From: Spirochaetia bacterium
GTDB lineage: Bacteria; Spirochaetota; Spirochaetia; SZUA-6; Bin103
Reading direction: 5' to 3'
NCBI GenBank assembly: GCA_965203905.1
Contig: CBDBDQ010000005.1
Coordinates: forward strand, 640,001-704,000
Length of the DNA: 64,000 nucleotides
The notes under the pieces are model-generated. The model searched no databases. It had not been told where the DNA came from and worked only from the letters and a program-made list of their open reading frames with translations. Below, one piece after another: positions 58,108 through 64,000 of the stretch. Every line of letters begins with the position of its first letter. The stretch's first letter is position 1. The position numbers were made by a program, and so were the translations under genes.

Positions 58108-58499
58108 CGCCGCCTCCATTCTATGTGGACGAGACCTACGGTCCTCGGCTCGTCGGCTTGCTGCAAAAGATGAACCTGCGAGCGGTGACCTACCGCGACG
58201 TGCCTGACATCGATGCTGCGGATCCTGACACGGCCTGGATACCCAAAGTGGCGAACCGGAAGTGGATTGCGGTGACCCATGACAAGAAACTCCGGAGCAA
58301 GCGAGCAGAGAGGCAAGCAATACAGAATGCGCGGTTACGAGTAGTGGTGATCGCTACCAAAGACTCGACCGAGGACGAGGCTGCCAATGTAATCGGTAAG
58401 CACAGAAGTTCGGTTCTTGCTCTCGCGCATTACATGCCACCGCCTTTCATCATCTCACTCACTCGCCAAAAACTGGAGTTTACCTGGCTTGGACCCTAA
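58104..58499 (+). CDS. PIN-like toxin (VapC45-like)
   Basis: 'FYVDE..G', 'D..WI..VA...WI.VT.D..LR'; GTGA overlap with antitoxin. Confidence 0.82.
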   Translation: MTPPPFYVDETYGPRLVGLLQKMNLRAVTYRDVPDIDAADPDTAWIPKVANRKWIAVTHDKKLRSKRAERQAIQNARLRVVVIATKDSTEDEAANVIGKHRSSVLALAHYMPPPFIISLTRQKLEFTWLGP

Positions 58500-59839
58500 G
58501 CGGCGTCCAGCTTGGCGCGGATCTCGGCGTGGGCGGCGCGGTCGATGGGATAGCGGGCGAGCACCAGGATCCCGGCGATGAAGAACAGCGCCGGGACCGG
58601 CCCGATCAACAGCCGGATGCCGTGCAGCGCCAGCGGCGTTTGCGCCACGTCGGGCACGTAGCCGGTCCATTGCAGCACCGCTCCGCTGACCAGCGCCGCC
58701 AGGCCCAGCCCCAGCTTCTGCAGGAAGGTCCACATGCCGTAGAACACGCCTTCGCGGCGCTCGCCGTTGGCCAGTTCGTCGTAGTCCACCACGTCGGGGA
58801 TGATCGACCACGGCATCACGTAGTTGGTAGCCAGGCCGGCGCCGGCCACCACCATCACCACGAACAGCGCGGTGACGTCACGATGCGCGAACAGATAGGC
58901 GGCCAGCAGCGCGCCGCCGAACACCGCCATGCCTACGTTGTAGGCGGTGCGCTTGCCGATCCGCCCCGACAGCCATACCCAGCCCGGAATCGCCGCGAAC
59001 GCCGCCAGCAGCAGCGCCAGCGAGGCGAACTGCGCCAGCTCCGGGCGCCCGTACACGTGCTCGAAGTAAAACGGCACGGTGCTGGTGGCGACCACGATGC
59101 CGGTCATGAACAGCGTCCAGGGAAACAGCGCCAGCCGGAACGGCCGCACCTTCATCGCCGCGGCGTAGGCCGCGAACACGCTGCCTGCCGGCGCCCGGCC
59201 CCGTGTCACCGGCCGCTCGCGCACCGAGGCGAAGGTGATCAACACCACCAGGGCGGTGATCAGCCCGAACACGGCGCCGGCGACCGTGTAGCCCGATCCC
59301 ATTCCGGCGCCTGCGGCCAACTCCACCACGATGGTGAACGCCCCGGCGCCGAGCAGCGTGCCGACGATCGCCCACGCCATGCGGTAGCCGTTGAGGTTGG
59401 TGCGCTCCTGGAAGTCGCGCGCCAACTCCGGCGTGAGCGCCGCGTAGGGCACGAACACGACGGTGTAGGCGCTGTTCACCAGGCAGAACGCGAACACTAC
59501 CCACACGAACAGGGCGCCCTGGCTCCAGCCGCGGCCGCCCACCTCCAGGAACACCAGCGTCATCCCCGCCACGACCGCCGCCGCCCCGAACAGCAGGTAC
59601 GGGCGCCGCCGTCCCCAGCGCGACACGGTGCGGTCGGACAGCGTCCCCATCAACGGATCGGTCACCGCGTCCCAAGCCCGTCCCAGCAGCAGCGCCACAC
59701 CTGCCAGCGACGCCGCCAGGCCGAGGCTGTCGGTGACGAAGTTGAGCAACCAGAACCCCATGATGGTAAAGAACAGGTTGCCGCCGAGGTCGCCGACCCC
59801 ATAGCCCATCTTGGTACGTAACGGAAGCGAGCCAGCCAT
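58496..59839 (-). CDS. GPH-family (MelB-like) MFS sugar:cation symporter
   Basis: 'GYGVGD.G', 'WDAVTDPLMG.LSDRT.SRWGRRRP', 'ERT.L', 'RREG'. Confidence 0.92.
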   Translation of the reverse strand: MAGSLPLRTKMGYGVGDLGGNLFFTIMGFWLLNFVTDSLGLAASLAGVALLLGRAWDAVTDPLMGTLSDRTVSRWGRRRPYLLFGAAAVVAGMTLVFLEVGGRGWSQGALFVWVVFAFCLVNSAYTVVFVPYAALTPELARDFQERTNLNGYRMAWAIVGTLLGAGAFTIVVELAAGAGMGSGYTVAGAVFGLITALVVLITFASVRERPVTRGRAPAGSVFAAYAAAMKVRPFRLALFPWTLFMTGIVVATSTVPFYFEHVYGRPELAQFASLALLLAAFAAIPGWVWLSGRIGKRTAYNVGMAVFGGALLAAYLFAHRDVTALFVVMVVAGAGLATNYVMPWSIIPDVVDYDELANGERREGVFYGMWTFLQKLGLGLAALVSGAVLQWTGYVPDVAQTPLALHGIRLLIGPVPALFFIAGILVLARYPIDRAAHAEIRAKLDAA

Positions 59840-59955
59840 CGCCGTAAGTATAGGCCGACTCATCAAAACGTGCACTCTTGTCCGAACCGCGGGGTGCCGG
59901 GCCATCCCGCCTCCATTGCGAACTGCACGGGCTGTACGGTATCGTCTTCGATGAG

Positions 59956-60858
59956 ATGTCCGTGGACGCCGAGATCAGGTCTGCCGCATTCTCATGGATC
60001 TCCGAGCAAGCCGCCCGGTATGGCAACGCGGTACCCACGAAGACTCTCCGTACCGGCTTCACGTATCGCGGCGAACGGGTGACGCTGATGGGACCGTCCG
60101 GCATCTGGAAGCCGCGCGTGTTGGCTCTTCCACTCTCCATCACCTCGGTACCTGACGGTCCCTACGACGACTCGTTCACCGCGGAAGGATTCCTCGCGTA
60201 TCGGTACCGAGGTACGGATCCTCACCATCGCGACAACGCGGGGCTGCGCGAATTGTGCCGCACCCGTACGCCGCTGATCTATTTCCACGGCGTGGCACAC
60301 GCCAAGTACATGCCGGTGTGGCCCGTGTTCATCGTCGAGGATCTCCCGCACCAACTCTGTTGCATGGTAGCGATCGAGCCGGCTCTCGGTCTGAGCCCGG
60401 CGGAGGGATCTCCCAGCGTCATAGGAACAGACTCGATCATCGGGATCCGCCGTTACATCACCAACGAAACCAGGCGTCGCCTCCACCAGACCGCCTTTCG
60501 CGAACGTGTCATCGATGCCTACGCCGAGAGCTGTACCCTGTGCCGCCTGCGTCATCGCAGACTGCTCGACGCCGCCCACATCGTGCCCGACGGCGAAGAC
60601 CGTGGTGACCCGGTCGTCCAGAACGGGTTGTGTCTGTGCAAGATCCACCACGCCGCCTACGACAGCGACCTGATCGGAATCTCACCCGACTACACCGTGC
60701 ACGTCCGCCGCGAGGTACGCGAAGAGAGCGACGGTCCGATGCTCCTGCATGGCCTGCAGGAACTGCATGAGTCGCGGGTCGCCCTGCCCAACCGGCGAGC
60801 AGACCGTCCCGACCGTGATCGTCTGGCATGGCGGTACGAACGGTTCCGCGCAGCGTGA
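59956..60858 (+). CDS. HNH endonuclease with SRA/PUA-like N-terminus (putative modification-dependent restriction)
   Basis: 'GIWKP', 'PYDD', 'YRYRG.DP...DN'; 'RLHQ..FR..V..AY', 'C.LC', 'DAAHI.P', 'NGLCLCKIHH.AYD'. Confidence 0.85.
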   Translation: MSVDAEIRSAAFSWISEQAARYGNAVPTKTLRTGFTYRGERVTLMGPSGIWKPRVLALPLSITSVPDGPYDDSFTAEGFLAYRYRGTDPHHRDNAGLRELCRTRTPLIYFHGVAHAKYMPVWPVFIVEDLPHQLCCMVAIEPALGLSPAEGSPSVIGTDSIIGIRRYITNETRRRLHQTAFRERVIDAYAESCTLCRLRHRRLLDAAHIVPDGEDRGDPVVQNGLCLCKIHHAAYDSDLIGISPDYTVHVRREVREESDGPMLLHGLQELHESRVALPNRRADRPDRDRLAWRYERFRAA

Positions 60859-60957
60859 GGACCGTCAGGTCACCCCGGCACCATTTCTCGGGCCCCCTCC
60901 CGATGTCGCCACGGGGCGGATCGCTGAGTGCCGAAAAACACGCCCTCATTCTCAGGG

Positions 60958-60986
60958 TTGACCTATAGATCGTAAAGTTTTAACTT
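60958..60986 (+). promoter_or_regulatory. TAC operon promoter with operator
   Basis: TTGACC-17-TAACTT; IR AAGTT-N2-AACTT (60975-60986) overlaps the -10. Confidence 0.65.
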
Positions 60987-61038
60987 AACCACCCATGGAG
61001 GAAAGGCAAATGAACGGAGACCGGCCGGAGGGTAGATT

Positions 61039-61309
61039 TTGCCGTTCAGATCCCTGTGGGATGATTCAGCTTACGAGATTCAGGCCTACGCCACGACTGG
61101 TGGTAGGTGTCAGGTCTTAGCACACCTAGAGAGCCTCAATGAACGCGATCGGAAGAGGATGATCGCACTGTTGACGCGGATAGCCCATCACGGACCGCCT
61201 CGGAACCGAGAGAAGTGCCAAAAGATGGCGGGCGAGGACTTCTGGGAGTTCAAGGCCTCCCAGCCGTCAGACGTATCGCGAAGTACAGCAAGAACTGAGC
61301 ACCAAATGA
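61039..61309 (+). pseudogene. RelE/HigB-like toxin with internal deletion, now in frame with the antitoxin
   Basis: 'Y....GRCQV...L..L', 'G...N.EK...M.G..FWEFK'; following strands missing; probable original tail RQTYREVQQELSTK-TGA(61307) sits in the +1 frame. Confidence 0.7.
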
Positions 61310-61680
61310 AAGGAGAGACAGTGATCAAGGAGTGGAGTCGTCAGTACAGGGGAGATCCGGAGTACGAGTTCGACCTGCTTGCCATCGAGGTAGGGGAACG
61401 CATCGTCGAGAGGATGGAAGACCTCGGGATGACCCGTACCAAGTTGGCAGCAGCGGTCGGGGTGAGCAAGGCGCGTATCAGCCAGATCCTCAGCGGGTAC
61501 GACAATCTCACGTTGAAGAGTCTTGTCGCAGTTGCTGCCGGGCTGGAAAGCCAAATCGAGCTACGGTTGAAGGGCAAGGAGATCAATACGAAACCAGCAC
61601 GGCCTCAGTGGCGTCCCATCAGTGCCACTGTGCGACTGGCGGCCGCGGGCGATCCCTCGGAATCCGCAGTCGCTGCCTGA
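61306..61680 (+). CDS. XRE-HTH antitoxin (HigA-like) with C-terminal extension
   Basis: 'MTRTKLA...GVSKARISQILSG..NLTLKSL'; own RBS AGGAG + GTG at 61321; tail of about 30 aa ending AVAA. Confidence 0.85.
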   Translation: MKGETVIKEWSRQYRGDPEYEFDLLAIEVGERIVERMEDLGMTRTKLAAAVGVSKARISQILSGYDNLTLKSLVAVAAGLESQIELRLKGKEINTKPARPQWRPISATVRLAAAGDPSESAVAA

Positions 61681-61692
61681 CTTGGCATACCC

Positions 61693-62118
61693 TTGTCTCG
61701 CAAGCTTGCTCTACGCCAGCCCGCTCAGGCAGCTATTGATCTGCGCAGCTTCTGGATTGAGCGGATCGAGTACCAGGAGGCTGACGAGGCTCCCGAACAG
61801 CCCCCTGAACCCACAGTGCGGCTTTCGCGTCCGGTCCTGCACCAAAATGCTACCGACACAGACACCTTCTTGATGACCTTCAGAATTCGCGCGGCGCAAG
61901 GGGACGTGCGGTCGATCGATCTGACGATTTGCGGCGTATTCCACGTGCAGGCCGACGATGACGGCGACGAGGCTATCCCGAAAATGCTTATCTTTAACGG
62001 TTCTGCCATGCTGTACGGCGCTGCCCGAGGCATTATCGAGTCGGTGACGGGCCTTACGGGACTCGGACGGCTACGGGTACCGACAGTGAACATCGCGAGC
62101 GTGCTGCGCGGAAAGTGA
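61693..62118 (+). CDS. SecB-like chaperone
   Basis: 'L..FWIERI', 'IDLTICGVF', 'NGSAMLYG.AR..I..VT.....G.L.VPTVN' SecB-fold C-terminal pattern. Confidence 0.82.
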   Translation: MSRKLALRQPAQAAIDLRSFWIERIEYQEADEAPEQPPEPTVRLSRPVLHQNATDTDTFLMTFRIRAAQGDVRSIDLTICGVFHVQADDDGDEAIPKMLIFNGSAMLYGAARGIIESVTGLTGLGRLRVPTVNIASVLRGK

Positions 62119-62142
62119 CCGCGCCGCGAATCCCTCCTCGCG

Positions 62143-63006
62143 CTACTGGCGGATGAACTTCTGGAGCTGGCCGTCGACCTGTACCTGGCCGACGTAGAGG
62201 TCGCCGCGGGAGTCGCTCCAGATGCCGTGCGGGGCGGCGAGGAACTCGCCCGGTTTGCGGCTGGGCCGGCCGCCGCCCCAGCTCGACAGCAGCTCGCCGT
62301 CCATCGAGTAGACGCTGACCTCCTGCTCCAGCCCGGCGAGGTAGAGGACGTCGCCGGCGGGATCGAAGTGGAGCGTGTCGGGCTTGGTGATCCCGGCCCA
62401 CTCGGTGAGGAAGCGGCCCTCGGTGTCGAAGATCTGGATGCGGTCATTGGTGCGGTCGCACACCCAGACGCGGTCCTGCGAGTCCACGCGCACGGCGTGT
62501 GACAGGTTGAACTGGCCGGGGCCGGTGCCCCACTCGCCCCACGACAGGATCAGCTCACCGTCCGGTGAGTACTTGTGCACCCGCGCGTTGCCGTAGCCGT
62601 CGGAGATGAACAGCTCGCCGGTGGAGGCGACGCCCACGTCGGTGGGCAGGTTGAACGGGTCGCCGTCGCGCGCACCCGGCCGGCCGGGGGTGCCGATGGT
62701 CAGCACCAGCTTGCCGTTGCGGTCGAACTTGTGCATGCAGTGGGTGTTGCGCTCGGTGCAGAACACGTTGTCCTGGTCGTCGATGAAGATCCCGTGGGCG
62801 TCTTCCAGCACGTCGGCGCCCCACTCCTCCAGGAACCGCCCGTCGCGGTCGAACACCACCAGTGGATGCTCGCTGCGCGAGTAGACGAACACCCGGTCCT
62901 GCGAATCGCAGGCCACCGCCGGGATCCAGCCCCAGCTCCAGCCGTCGGGCAGCCGGCCCCATCCCTCGGCCACTTCGTATCGGTACTCACCACTGCCGAA
63001 TGCCAT
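62143..63006 (-). CDS. NHL-repeat beta-propeller protein (peptidylglycine lyase-like)
   Basis: 'FNLPTDV', 'ISDGYGNARVHK', 'GPGQFNL.H', 'V.V.DR.N.RIQIFD'. Confidence 0.9.
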   Translation of the reverse strand: MAFGSGEYRYEVAEGWGRLPDGWSWGWIPAVACDSQDRVFVYSRSEHPLVVFDRDGRFLEEWGADVLEDAHGIFIDDQDNVFCTERNTHCMHKFDRNGKLVLTIGTPGRPGARDGDPFNLPTDVGVASTGELFISDGYGNARVHKYSPDGELILSWGEWGTGPGQFNLSHAVRVDSQDRVWVCDRTNDRIQIFDTEGRFLTEWAGITKPDTLHFDPAGDVLYLAGLEQEVSVYSMDGELLSSWGGGRPSRKPGEFLAAPHGIWSDSRGDLYVGQVQVDGQLQKFIRQ

Positions 63007-63031
63007 GCCGCACCATACCACAAAGCCGGAA

Positions 63032-63049
63032 CGTACAGTATTATGTACG
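63032..63049 (+). promoter_or_regulatory. YefM-type operator
   Basis: CGTACA-N6-TGTACG palindrome immediately before the yefM ATG; GTACA core as in known YefM operators. Confidence 0.75.
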
Positions 63050-63050
63050 G

Positions 63051-63332
63051 ATGGCGGGTGAGCGGATAACGAATTACACCGAGGCGCGACAGAACCTGAA
63101 GTCGTTGATGGACTCAGCCACTGAGGATCGGGTCCCCGTGATCATCACGCGGACGACGGGAGCACCCGTGATCATGATGGCGAAATCGGAGTACGACGCA
63201 ACGATGGAGACCTTCCATCTGCTGCGCTCACCGCGCAACGCGGAACGCCTGCGGGCGGCAATCGCCGATGTCGAAGCGGGCAAGGTAGTGCACGCCGATC
63301 TCGTCGATGGGACAATCGCCGAGCGACTGTGA
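63051..63332 (+). CDS. yefM: YefM antitoxin
   Basis: 'NYTEARQNLKSLMD', 'PVIITR', 'ETFHLLRSP.NA.RL'. Confidence 0.93.
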   Translation: MAGERITNYTEARQNLKSLMDSATEDRVPVIITRTTGAPVIMMAKSEYDATMETFHLLRSPRNAERLRAAIADVEAGKVVHADLVDGTIAERL

Positions 63333-63604
63333 GCCGGGAAGGCCGCGCGGCCGCCATCGCGTTCTCACGGCAAGCCTGGGCAGATTACCAGTACTGGGTA
63401 CAGCACGACCGGAACGTGGCGAGACGAATCGCGCGGCTGATCGAGGAGTGCCTGCGCGATCCCTTTCAGGGGCTCGGACATCCCGAGCCTCTGAAGCACG
63501 AACTCTCCGGCTACTGGTCACGCCGAATCACCAAGGAACACCGCCTCGTGTACCAGGTCGCGGAAGGCCAGTGCGTGGTCGTCCAGTGTCGCTACCACTA
63601 CTGA
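63329..63604 (+). CDS. yoeB: YoeB/Txe toxin
   Basis: 'AW.DY.YW', 'PF.G.G.PEPLKH.LSGYWSRRI..EHRLVY', 'CRYHY'. Confidence 0.95.
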   Translation: MSREGRAAAIAFSRQAWADYQYWVQHDRNVARRIARLIEECLRDPFQGLGHPEPLKHELSGYWSRRITKEHRLVYQVAEGQCVVVQCRYHY

Positions 63605-63634
63605 GCTCGGCGCATCACCACAAGCGCCATTCCC

Positions 63635-64000
63635 ATGGGTGACAGCCGGCGCCGCACGAAGCGGCTCACTGCCGACGCCCGGTACCTGGTGTTCCCGCGC
63701 GCCCGCGACTACGCCGGTGACCGGGCCGGTGACGGCCGCGACCGGCTCCACGTCGCGACCGACGCGGGCACCTGGTTCTCGGCCCACGGTGCGGCGCTGG
63801 CGGCGACCGATCCCGACTTCTACAGCTACCTGGACCTGAGCCTGCTCCAGGGCAGGGAGTTGACCGTCACCATCACCGGCCCCCACGCCGCCGGCATCGA
63901 GCTGGTCCGGGTAACCGACCGGATCCCCGGCCGCCACCCGCCCTACGCCGAGCCGGGGCGGCCGCGGGTTCACTTCTCGGCCCTGCGCGGCTGGCTAAAC
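63635..64000 (+). CDS. GH32 levanase-like protein, 5' part (runs off window)
   Basis: ATG 63635, open to the end; finishes 'YAEPGRPRVHFSALRGWLN', the start of the WxNDPNG motif; not in the ORF track. Confidence 0.8.
   Translation, partial: MGDSRRRTKRLTADARYLVFPRARDYAGDRAGDGRDRLHVATDAGTWFSAHGAALAATDPDFYSYLDLSLLQGRELTVTITGPHAAGIELVRVTDRIPGRHPPYAEPGRPRVHFSALRGWLN

Noticed and set aside
1-64000. CRISPR array, tRNA, rRNA, prophage or integron
   Set aside because: No regularly spaced repeat-spacer units, cloverleafs, rRNA-like tracts, phage structural genes or integrase seen by eye.

Overview
High-GC bacterial chromosomal window. Gene content (spirochaete-style solute-binding proteins, two PhyH dioxygenases, two Uma2 nucleases, TPR and NHL repeat proteins, many TA modules) resembles marine host-associated, e.g. 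sponge-symbiont, genomes; that is inference. The backbone is an FMN-riboswitch riboflavin operon with an unusual RibE-RibB fusion, hisD, hemB, uxaC-eda, mmsA/iolA, an ECF42-type sigma with YciI, four ABC systems or parts of them, and three GH32 genes. Interspersed are AT-richer conflict modules: at least six TA loci, a toxin-antitoxin-SecB chaperone (TAC) triad, two ABC-ATPase + TOPRIM-like pairs (one intact, one destroyed), a STAND-like ATPase pair with nine exact 43-aa repeats, and an SRA-like HNH nuclease. Two complete IS elements have readable ends: an IS110 (28355-30118, TTG core, empty site reconstructable, structured bridge-RNA-like leader) and an IS66/ISBst12-type element (30544-32098, 14-bp TIR, 8-bp TSD). 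The most striking pattern is a series of 'hollowed-out' genes that keep start and end but have lost their middles, mostly toxins and defence ATPases. All family assignments come from motif recognition by eye; no searches were run.
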